In this document: positions 53,228 to 64,000 of the stretch, in pieces | Layout of the letters: each line of letters begins with the position of its first letter | How positions within the stretch are numbered: the first letter of the stretch is position 1 | NCBI GenBank assembly: GCA_043228905.1 | Contig: JBHGNT010000005.1 | Coordinates: 9,238,001 to 9,302,000, forward strand | Origin: Azolla caroliniana | Lineage: Eukaryota; Plantae; Polypodiophyta | DNA: 64,000 bases | Reading direction: 5' to 3' | Notes under the pieces: generated by a model | The model's input: only the letters and a program-made list of their open reading frames with translations | The model's database searches: none | What the model was told of the DNA's origin: nothing | Position numbers and translations under genes: made by a program

Positions 53228-53623
53228 TTGCTTGATAGAGTCACTATTGGCTATTTCTGGTTGCCCCATGTACAATTTGTGCAAAACTTTAAGTATCTTG
53301 GTAGCAATACACTTGCCAAAAAGAACTGGAGTATATGCTTTGATTCTAAGCTCCACGCTAGATGGAAAACCGATTATATGTTGGAAAATCAATGCAACCA
53401 AAGTGATGATGGATGGAAAGTAAAATTAATGTTGTTTAATGCAATGGTAACACGAGTTTTGTGTTTATGGAGTAGAAATGTGGGGAGGCACTTTACATGG
53501 AATGAGATTGATAATATTCAATATATGTTTTTAAGGATAGAATTGAGAATTAGATCCAACACCCTCTATCAAGTTGTACTATTGGAAACACGTGTTTGCC
53601 CTATAGAGATATTGGTTCTATAG
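53228..53623 (+). pseudogene. Non-LTR retrotransposon (LINE) reverse transcriptase C-terminal fragment
   Basis: FKYLG followed by KLMLFNAMV..L...W and IQ..FLR..L, typical of the region after the RT thumb in RTE/L2-type LINEs; degenerate. Confidence 0.6.
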
Positions 53624-54957
53624 ATACATTATTGTTATGCAGACATAATGTAGGTGAGGGTAGGACACTAGTACTTACAAAACATAAGTGAAGGGTATAT
53701 TCACTAATGTTAGAAATATACTAAAGTGATTGGATAGAAGGAAATATAGGTGCATGCACTATCATGATCTTGGCAACCAATGAATGGAGCAGTGTCTTTT
53801 AGAAAAATGCATTTATTCAAGGGGTCAAGGAAGAAGTATAAATACGAGGCCTAGCTACCCTCAGAAAACACATTACGTTGGAAGGCTAAAGTCTTGAGTC
53901 ACCAGTGATTGTGTTAAACCTACTTCATAGTACTAGTCATCCTAATAATCGTTGGTATGAGACATCAGTGGTAGGTATGCTATATCTTTACCATAGCTCA
54001 GGGATGGTGGGGAGGGATGGGTTCTTCTATCCAATGTCACCTCTCTTTTGCTTTAACTTGGTTTATTGATTGGTAATAGACTCTTAACAATGGTATTAGG
54101 CAGAGCAAAAGGAAACATGTTGTCTTTGTTCAACGTGGATTTTCTAGGTCGGCAACATTCTCTATAGCTATATGCAAGAATATTTTTGTCAGAGAAAAAA
54201 TTTGTGTCTTTGCCTTCATGGTATTTGATGCAAGGATAGACAAATAGAAGAGAAAATATGGGTAAAGAGACTTGATTGTCATGTACCATCAATATGTTTT
54301 CTATGTTTAAATTTTCCCAAATATGAATTCTAACATAGGTATATGTATGTATACATATACATATGTTTGTGTGTGTATAATCAAGGTCTTAGATATTTAA
54401 AAGGTATTGATTATTGTTCAAGATGTTTCATGTTAGATTTCTTACATGGCTCTTTTTTATATTCGCTTGTTATTTTGGATTGCCTTGCAAGCAAAAGTAA
54501 TTTTCATCAAAATTTGCTAGTGTTGCCTCTTGATGTTGGAGGTGTGGTCTGTGTGAGGACCGTTGCAAGAAGTTATTGGATGCACCAGTCACAATAGTGG
54601 ACAAAACATTGCAAGGACATAATGTTGCATATGTAATTGTTGTTGAAAAATCAAGATATATGTTATCATGGCTTATATTTCCCCAATCAATTATAGTTGA
54701 AGACTACATGCTTATAGTTGTACATAATATTTCATAACAAATTGTCGTTTCGATACAATTGCAATTTCTCTCTTTAATGTGTGTTTAAAATAGGATTAGT
54801 AGCAATCTTGAAATTTTCTTTTCATATGCAAAACATTTTCATTAAATATTGCAAATATATTGTCTTTGTAATATTGCAAGGTTTAATCAAGTGGGGAAAT
54901 ATATGTTGGCTATCATGGCTGGCCCCAATTGACATATACGAGCATTAGGAGGAGGGG

Positions 54958-55332
54958 ATGACTTTGGTGATAAAAGCACAAGAGGTTTTTTTCTCCACCA
55001 TCGACAATGTCCACTCAACTCCTATCAATGCCAAATCTCAAGTTGTGTTGGAATTGGTTAGCCCAATAACTTATTGGACTCTATGGAAACAACGGTGTAG
55101 ACGGGTCTTCTCCAACCAAACCATGCAACCAATAGTGTTAATGCAAGAGATATGGAGTGAAGTTGTAGCCACTCTAAAAAGCCAATATAATGGCCTCAAG
55201 GGCGACTCCAATGGAGTTGAAAGACAACGACTAGCCTTCATCCAGCAATGGTCGACCTCCCCCTTTATTGAGTCGGTGGGCATCCACATAAGATGGACCT
55301 ATCGCGTCCCTACATGGATTTGTATATATTAA
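54958..55332 (+). pseudogene. L1-type LINE ORF2 C-terminal fragment
   Basis: TYWTLWKQRCRRVF matches the plant L1 ORF2 C-terminal W.IW..RN...F motif. Confidence 0.6.
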
Positions 55333-57050
55333 TCTCATATGTAAAAGTTTATAACTAATGGAAGGAGTTTTTTTTGGAAAAAGAAGAAGGTATGCACATT
55401 TAATTTTGGTAACTTTCTTTCTCATGGACCATCACCAATGGAGCAACTCTTCTACACCAAGAAGGAGCTTGTGAAGTTTATGCCTTTTAAGGTCAATCTT
55501 GTGAAATGCTACCATTGGAATTTCAACTTTCCTCATATATTCAAAACAAATTTTTGCTTTGCTCGTAAATAATTTACCAGCCATTCAAAGATTGTCAAGT
55601 GATCTCTTCCAATAAATGATACTAACAAACCCTATACTTGTGAAAGAGTAGAATTGCTTCCCACAATTGACAATCCTACCTTTAGGAAACCTTCTTGGAG
55701 AGACAGTTTGGCATATTTATAATGATAGTTTTGTGAGAAAAGTTTGCATTCTATAACTAAACCATTTTTTTTGTTTGTCTAGGAGGACACACATGATGTA
55801 TTGAAGTGGGGAAAGTGGCTAATGATGTGAAATAGATCTTGTTTTTCTATATCTAGTCAATTGTTTTGCCTTATTCCTATTAAAATTAATTGCAATTGCC
55901 TCTGGTTTAGCTCAAAATACTGTATATGTGTATATGTGTGTAAGAGTAACAAGAATAAGCTTTCTAGCCGTTGTACTATCGTGGCAGTACCAAAATCAGC
56001 CTATTAAACAGTGTAAATATGGATGAGTGGTGGACAAGCATGAGGGCATAACTAATATGCATAAGTTGTAGTGGTGATTGCACATTGTATTCAAGGTTGT
56101 TTGGTGGAATCCATGGATTGAATCTATGCCAAAGATAAACAAGTGCATTTGGGTGTCCTCGTGCGGATTGGACTTGATAAGAAATGATCTGCATGATTCA
56201 GTGATGGTATGATTTATGTGCCTTTGTCTCCAATGTCCATATGAATACATCGTTTTCGAATCCTCTTTGTTTTTTTTAGTGTTTTTGACATGGTATAATC
56301 ATGTCTATGTCATGAAATTGTTGTCCTTGTATTGTTGTTGCAAGTCACTATGTAATGATATGCCTACTTTAATGTGTTTTTTAAGCATTTTGTTTATGTT
56401 TTCCTGTCAAAAGTTTGATAATTTATTTAATACAATTATAAAATGAAGTTCTTGAAGAATGCTAATTTGGGAAAACACTTGTTGGCCTTTGTGCTCATAG
56501 GTGTGGCCTCCTTATAGTAATAGGAGCCTAAAAACATGCCTTTGATGTTACTCCCTCCAATTGATTTCTATAGATATGAGCAATGTTGCCTTTTAACGAC
56601 CGTTTTGACCGTTTTTGGCAAATTTAACCGTATATGAAGGTTAATTTAAAAATCAAACTGTCAATCTTGACGGGCATATGTTTTATGAAAACGTAACAAT
56701 GAAGGCTTAAAATTTCCTAATACTATCAAATTTTGCTAAGACCAATACAATAGTATTATAGTCCTAGGAACAATGTTAACGTTCCAGTTGCATTGGGACT
56801 TTATATAGTTTGTGTAAAAAAAAAGGTAAAAAAACTAATGTAAATTCTCTAGAGTCTAAATTATGAATCTCCTCTTCCCGAATCCCCGAATCCCCATCTA
56901 AGGCCTTCCTTTCCCTTTCCCCCCCCTTTCCCCCCCTTTTCCCCTGTTTGTTCGTTGCCCCCTCAACCCTGCACCTTGCTGGAAGTTCTCAGTTGCTTGT
57001 TGCCTGCTACTCATAGATACAACAACATCTCTTGCTCACCCATCTAAGGT

Positions 57051-57084
<34 letters not shown>

Positions 57085-58266
57085 CATTAACCTCATGTAA
57101 TTTAAGAGATTAGTTCACCAATGTAGCTAGTAATGTTCTGAACAAGCACCAACCAACCCTCTCTAAGGGTAGTCCTCATAGAGAGTGGATACACTTGTAT
57201 AGCATAAGAATTTCTTAGGTGCATAGAGAGTGGATATAGTTGTATCGAGATACATTGAATGGTTACATGCTCATATGCATTCATGTCCTATTTATGATGT
57301 TCAAATATCCTCACATCTTCTATATAGTCTATCTTCCATATACAGTATTTACATAGAGCAAGGGGGTCGGTTATAAGAATTCAGTAGGATCCATCTCATC
57401 ATATCAATAGTTGTTTCCTATGGCTAGGAAATTACTACATATCCAACGTTGATGGCTAGAGCATTTTCTTGCTCTATTAATGGCTAGATCATTCTTATCT
57501 TTCCCTTCTAGGGAAATCTACAATGGCTTGCTTGATATCACTGTTGCTTTTGTTAACTACCAATGTTGTTGCTTGTACTTGTGCCATGTTTTCTTCTTTT
57601 GATTACACCTATGGTGCCTTGATGGGGTGGGATGATACACCTTCAGTTTGCTCACTTGATGTGGCTCAACACTAGATGCCATCTTTTTTGCGGGTTTAAG
57701 CAAGCATTCCGTCCACTTGCTTCAAATCTCCTATCTTACTTCATGGCATCCTTTACTCTCTTGCATGTAATCCTTCATCATTTCTGCAGGCGGCAAATGC
57801 ACAGACATAGAGAAGCTATATCCTCTTTTCATTTGTTCTCTCCGCTTGCTCGTTCGATTGAAACTACAAAAGAGTAGCTTCTGTCTTCTCTGACTCTTTC
57901 CCGACTCTTCTTCCCCTGCTTCGTCAAATGTGGCAACCATTTGTGCTTCTTCGCTCTCTCTCTCTCTCTCTCTCTCTCATCTGAAAAAGCTTTTGCATAT
58001 AATATTGAACGGAGTAGTGGCAAAGGCATCCTAAGCAATGAATTAGTTCACCATGTTACAAATAGCCTCTTTTTTTTTTGGTATTTTGACAAACAATACA
58101 GTTTGCTTGCTATACCATAAGATATAACAACTCTTTCACTTTTACAAACTAATGGAATATGCAATGGTTTAATGAGTTTTCTTTTCTAAAAAATGAGTTA
58201 AATAGCTGTGAAAACATATGGTTTCCACAATTTCATTCTCATCTAAAGCTACTGTCAAATGTCTTT

Positions 58267-59001
58267 CTACTTTGAGTTGTCTAGCAATAAAGGAACAACT
58301 GAATTATAGTGTTCTCCAAGCCCGAAAGCATGACGATGATATGAGAACCGGGGGGTAGAATTCATATTTTTGCCATATTGTTTACCCATTTCAACCTCAG
58401 GAAGGCTGCTTGATTACACAATTATATGATTTTGTAAAGAGTGTGCAAGAGCATCCAATTCTAGATGTCCTCCCCATGATGTCGTTGACTCAACATGATG
58501 ACAATATCTCTCAAATACGGCTTCTTCATTCTCATTAACATCATTTTCATCAGTATCCCCTACCACAACGAATGGAGCAAAATCTTTGGCATGACTTCGC
58601 ATATAAGATGTTGCTATCTCTCTCAATTTTTGTAATGAGAACTGTATAGAAGAAGTATTTGGGTAGAGTGCTAGTTGATCCTCTAATGCTCTATACAAGC
58701 AATGCCCATCCGACTTCATCTCCTTCAGTTCTAACCCGAGTGGTCATAGCTTTCCTTCAAGCAATTCGTTTTCCACCATCCGATCACTCACCACATTGTT
58801 TTGCTCTTCTTGAATTCGTTGTTCTCTTTCAGCTTCTTGGTTTGCTCTCTTGTCACGCCTTTTCTGGGCTTTCGTTGGTTTTAGTGGTTGAGTTCCAAAT
58901 GAAGTAGAAATACCACCAAATTCTTTTACTAGTCCATCAAAACTTTTCGTTGCTAATATGGACATATGACTAAGTTTTGGATGCTCAGAGTTGTATGTCA
59001 T
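58267..59001 (-). pseudogene. OTU-domain deubiquitinase, OTU5/OTUD6B/Otu2-like, with two in-frame stops; inside the hAT element
   Basis: One frame reads [69 protein letters not shown]...[26 protein letters not shown]...[18 protein letters not shown]. Stops at 58744-58746 (TGA) and 58414-58416 (TAA); catalytic DGHC and HYN are intact; the N-terminus appears truncated. Confidence 0.88.
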
Positions 59002-59208
59002 TACTCCTATCTTAGAGATTATCCTTTTCGCTTCAAGGTATAATCAACAAAGTATAATCTTTTTGCCAAAGAGAATTATATTCATGTAAAATCTCATTGC
59101 TCAATAGGTCATAACTAATATGTATGGGTTTAATGATGCTAGTGATTGTTTTGAACTGATGGCATGATCTTTTCTTACATGATCCATTTCTTCTTATTCA
59201 GCATAATT

Positions 59209-59380
59209 ATGGCTCCCAAAAGAAAAAATCAATGAACCATTAGTGCAATGTTTGCATGGAAACCACCGAACGATGCACATGACATAAATATAAACAATGA
59301 TTTAAATAAGGATATTGTAAAGAATCAAGAGATGGATTCTTGTGAAGATGAAAAGATGTGAGTTATGTGTGTGTGTAAGG

Positions 59381-59419
<39 letters not shown>

Positions 59420-60903
59420 CGCAAAGTAAAAGTATATTGACAAAGGAGAAAGACACGACGTTCTACAAGGTGGGAGGAGGGTGCTTTATATAGTCACCCT
59501 CTCTCTTCATTAACTACAAGTCTCATGGAGCATGGGGAATGTGAAAGCTCATAAGTTATGTGTCATAGAATATGATTCTATGACTCATACTAAATGCTAG
59601 AATACAAAGTGGTGACATAATGGTGACTCTTGACCGTTGGAGTGTCTCTTCACTCTCAAGGTGAGTTCACACACTAGACCAAGTTGAGCTTGATTCTCAA
59701 CACGGCCCCCTCAAGCTCAAGTCGGGTCGGTTTCATACGGTATCCGAAATTCGCTTTAACTTGTATTCCGGAGTCTGCATCGACTCGCGTCGGCTCGTTT
59801 TATGCGGAGTTGCGGAATCCGTGCTCCAGCTTGCATTGTGCGAAGTCTGTGCTTCGGCTTGTGTGTGTAGTTGCGAAGTCTGTGCTTCAGCTTGCGTCTT
59901 TCTTCGCGGCTTTGTGCGGTAGATCGGCTCTTCGCTGCTTTGTTGCGTGATTGCGGAATCCACGCATTATTGCGTAGTGGCTTCAGTACTCCCCCTCAAG
60001 CTTGGCAGGTCAGGGATCGTCAATCCAAGATCGGTCATGAATTGCCATAGCTTGTCGGCTCCTAAGGCTTTAGTGAAGATGTCAGCCGTTTGAAGATTGG
60101 TGCTAATGTGTTGTAGGTCGACATCGCCAGCCAGAACGCGCTCTTGGATGAAGTGATAGTGCACTTCGATGTGCTTTGTCCGCGCGTGGAACACCGGGTT
60201 CTGAGCCAGATAGATACTGCTCATGTTGTCGTAGTAAAGGGAAGTCGGATCCTTGATGGGTACGCTTAGATCCTTCAAAATCCTCTTGAGCCATACGGCT
60301 TCACACGCAACTATGGTTGCGCCCCTGTATTCCGCCTCCGTACTCGAAAGAGCGACGGTGGGCTGCTTCTTGCTACTCCAGGATATTGCTCCACTACTTC
60401 CTCGGCATCGAGGTAATTCGGACTCCGGCCAGAATCATGATCTCTCAACGGCACTACATCCTCAACTTGTTATACAAGTTCGGGATGGCTGAGTGCAAAT
60501 CCGTGACAACCCCGTTCAATCGAAATTTCAAACTAGATGCGAACTCCGACACCAAAGCGTGTGAGCCGACTCAGTATCGACAACTCATCGGGAGTCTCTT
60601 CTACCTCACGATCACACGACCCGATCTCAGTTATCCGGTCGGTCTCCTTAGCCAATTCATGCAAACACTGCTTGATACTCACTTGGATTGTGCTAAGCGA
60701 GTTCTACGATACGTGAGCGGCACAATGGATTGCGGCATCCTCTACAAGACCGCGATGCCAATACGACTCGAGGGGTACACAGACGCCGATTGGGCCGGCT
60801 ACAAAGCCGATAGAAGATCAACCTCCAGATTTGTTTTCTCCCTCGGCAGTGGAATCAAGAGATGGATTCTTGTGAAGCGGAAGAGATGTGAGTTATGTGT
60901 GTG

Positions 60904-60975
<72 letters not shown>

Positions 60976-63356
60976 CGCAAAGTAAAAGTATATTGACAAA
61001 GGAGAAAGACACGACGTTATATAAGGTGGGAGGAGGGTACTTTATGTAGTCACCCTCTCTCTTCATTAACTACAAGTCTCATGGAGCATGGGGAATGTGA
61101 AAGCTCATAAGTTATGTGTCATAGAATATGATTCTATGACTCATACTAAATGCTAGAATGCAAAGTGGTGACATAATGGTGACTCTTGACCGTTGGAGTG
61201 TCTCTTCACTCTCAAGGTGAGTTCACACACTAGACCAAGTTGAGCTTGATTCTCAACAGATATGGATTTGTTTGGGACTGATTTAGAGAGTTTAACTCAA
61301 GAGAGTTATTCCTCTAAAATAACCAAAGAAAAGCCTAAGAGAAAATTCCGTGATGCATGGAGAGATAAATTCCCATGTATACGATGCATTATGCAAGAGA
61401 GAAAACATTAATGAAATGTACATGGTGTGAGAAATACGCTAGTCCTGGGCCTTGGGGTGTTGGTTCTAGATGCATTACTTTGCAACTGATGCAATTTTGA
61501 CCCATGTTAACTCAAGTGGTCATAAATTATGTGCATCAAAGTGGATATGTGATGTTGAAGGGAAAGCAATGTCCATCCCAAAGCATGTATCACAATTGGA
61601 TGATATTAACAAAAATAAGGTCATAACAACAATGAAACTCATGTACTTTATTGCAAAAAAAGATTTGTCTATCGCTACATACCAAGAATGATGTGATTTC
61701 GCTGTGCTATTAGAGGTGCCTATTATGCCTAAGCAACATGATTATATATCTTATACTAGTAGATATGGAGGATATGAATTTCTGGTTGCCTTTGGGAAAT
61801 ATCTTCTAGAAATTCAAAGCTCAAACCTAATAAATTCCCCAGACTACTCTTTGATGCTAGATGAAAGTACTGACAATGGATTAGAGTTGCATCTCATTGT
61901 GTATGCTACATACTTGCAATGTGGTGGTTGTGGGCCTAAGCAAACTAAATATATGGGTTTGCTGAAAATTCCCAATGGTAAAGGAATAACTATATATGAA
62001 CATCTTAAGCATCTATTGGGCGATCGATGCCTCAACATGTACAAGTTGATTGGATTAGCAATTGATGGTGTGTCATCAATGATTGGTAGTGAAATTGGAA
62101 CAGTAACATTAATGAAAAATGATATCCCAAATTTGGTTGGTATACATTGTATTGCTCATAGAGAAGCATTGGTTATTTCAGATGTATCTAAAGATATCCC
62201 TGAGCTCATTCTTGTAGAAAAAATTGCAAATAGGGTATATGCATGGGCTAACAATAGTACCAAAAGGACACATGAAATTTTAGAGCTCTTGGACCAAATG
62301 CAATTGGATGCTCATAGACCCTTACAAATTCATAATATTCGTTGGTTGTCACGTGGTCAAGTCATGGAAAGACTGGTGAGTATAATGCCTGTAATACTTA
62401 CTATTTGGAAGAAAGAGAACTTAAACGAGTGGTATAATAAAGCTGATGTGTTGCATTTGATGAATATTTTGAGCTTGAAACTTCAAAAAGAGAATTTGGA
62501 TGTAACTTCAATTCGTGCAAAAATTGATATTACTATTTCTAATTTGCGGAGGTCTTTCTTGAGAAATGACACATTTGCGGATGGAACAATGTATTTATCC
62601 AAGTTCTTAAGATGTTCTAAAGTTGGGTTTTTGGAAATAGAGGATAAAGATGGCGTTACATATATACATGAACTATACTTCAAACAAATTCCTATGGATA
62701 AAACAAGTCAAAATGATACGAATCCCAATATTGCAAAATCTAAGGGAATGAGGCCATTTATAGATGGATCACTTGAAAGTTGTATTAAACTATCTCAAAA
62801 TTATGTGCAAAATACTATTGATGGGCTAAATGCAAGATTCCCTGACTTAAGCCTCTTCAATGCAGCAAAATTATTCAGCCCATGCCATTATGCAGATGAT
62901 GATGTGATTAGGGATAGTAAAGCAAAGACATGGTTGGGAATTTTGATTTCTCACGTACAGCCAAATGTTGATGTCAATGCATGTCTTCAAATTTTACATG
63001 ATGCAAAGGCTTGTGAAATGGAACTCTATGGGTTTGTCAACACTTTACGTTTAAATTGTGAAGGCTATACTATGCATGAAGCTTGGCGTATGTTTTGCAA
63101 AATGAAGGATTGGCAAGATAGTTTCCTTCATTTGATGAAATTATGGCAAGCTACTTCGGTTATTCCGTCTAGCACAGTTTCATGTGAGAGAGGGTTCTCT
63201 AAGCAAAATCTCATCAAAGAGATGAAAAGAAATCGATTGAATATAAAGCATTTAGATGATTTAATGAGAGTCTCATTGAATGGGCCACACATTGAAGAAA
63301 TACAATGGGATCGTGTAAATGAAATTTGGAAAGATGCAAAGGATAGAAGGGTATAA
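59209..63356 (+). pseudogene. hAT transposase (ZNF862-like), split by a Copia insertion at 59316-61258 and further disrupted by stops/frameshifts
   Basis: MAPKRKNQ start at 59209 stays in frame across the Copia when it is removed (..NKDM/DLFGTD..KRKFRDAWRDKFP). Zinc finger CTWC..H..H; catalytic motifs LMLDESTD, IDGVSSM, HCIAH, IRW, CERGFS plus a hAT dimerisation C-terminus. Confidence 0.88.
59316..61258 (-). mobile_element. Internally deleted and partly inverted Copia element E (element C family), two LTRs, TSD GATAT
   Basis: LTRs 59316-59702 and 60852-61258 are nearly identical; GATAT at 59311-59315 and 61259-61263. RNase H is on - (59967-60395) but the preceding RT segment is on + (60388-60853); gag, INT and PBS are absent. 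Confidence 0.92.
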
Positions 63357-64000
63357 TATATTGTTTTGTACAAATATTCGATGTATTTACTTTTTGAAGG
63401 GCAATTTTTTTGACAAACCGTTATTTGATGGGTAAAATTTTTGGAATACCGTTCTCATGACAGGCAATGTTAGCCGTCAAAAGGCAACACTAGATATGAG
63501 GGAGGATGTGGCATGCCAACAAACTTTGATGCAACGGGTTATTATGCTTTAGACTATACTATTGGTTTTCTTCTACATGGTAGTGAAACGAGACTTTTTG
63601 AATTAGTTCGTGATTGCATCCTTCTATTCTCTAATAAGCTTATCTATGCTACATAACCTTCAAGTGTTTATGCTTCACCATAGGAAGAGTTTATTTCAAT
63701 ATATTTCTATATATTTCTATATAGATGGTAATTTGACACAACTAACAAAGGAATGGAATGTTTGAGGCACGACTTAAACCCAACTTATGGGCATTGAAAA
63801 AAGAAAGGTATATACAAGTGCATAGTTATTTTCATGCGTTGGATTAGAATTTATGACAATGGTGTTCCTATTGAACTAATATTTGTAATCTCGATTATCA
63901 TATTTAATGGATCATGGTTTTCTAGGTATGTATATATGTACTAGAAAGCTCATTTCACTTTTCAAAGTGTTTTGTTTCCAATGAAATCAAATTCAAGTTT

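Larger units (their letters stand above)
56581..63492 (+). mobile_element. hAT DNA transposon (6.9 kb including a nested Copia) carrying a transposase and an OTU deubiquitinase cargo
   Basis: TIRs CAATGTTGCCTTTTAACGAC (56581) and reverse-complement TAGTGTTGCCTTTTGACGGC (63492), 16/20 identical with only transition differences; perfect 8-bp TSD GATATGAG at 56573-56580 and 63493-63500. Confidence 0.93.

Noticed and set aside
58267-59001. Calling the OTU copy a retrogene because it has no introns
   Set aside because: No poly(A) tail or own TSD is seen, and the parental gene's intron structure is unknown here.

Overview
Eukaryotic nuclear DNA from a land plant. A fern-like genome is inferred from the GT-AG introns, the microsatellite-bearing Copia LTRs and the gene families, but this is not proven. 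Four apparently intact host genes are present: an organelle RanBP2 zinc-finger (OZ/VAR3-family) gene with a long acidic+RGG tail (830-4969, -), a type II PI4-kinase gamma (26230-27975, +), an IRX10-like GT47 xylan synthase (30239-33251, -) and a full-size ABCG/PDR transporter (39340-48592, -). Between them lie nested Ty1/Copia elements, solo LTRs, LINE fragments and DNA transposons. The most notable structure is a 6.9-kb hAT transposon (56581-63492; TIRs and a perfect 8-bp TSD GATATGAG). It carries an OTU5/OTUD6B-like deubiquitinase gene antisense and head-to-head with its transposase, apparently inside the transposase 5'-UTR intron; a later internally inverted/deleted Copia copy split the transposase. 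Also notable are an unclassified TIR element with a 4-bp TSD and an internal fold-back, an inverted pair of LTR 3' ends upstream of IRX10, and a quasi-palindrome correction at an LTR TATA box.
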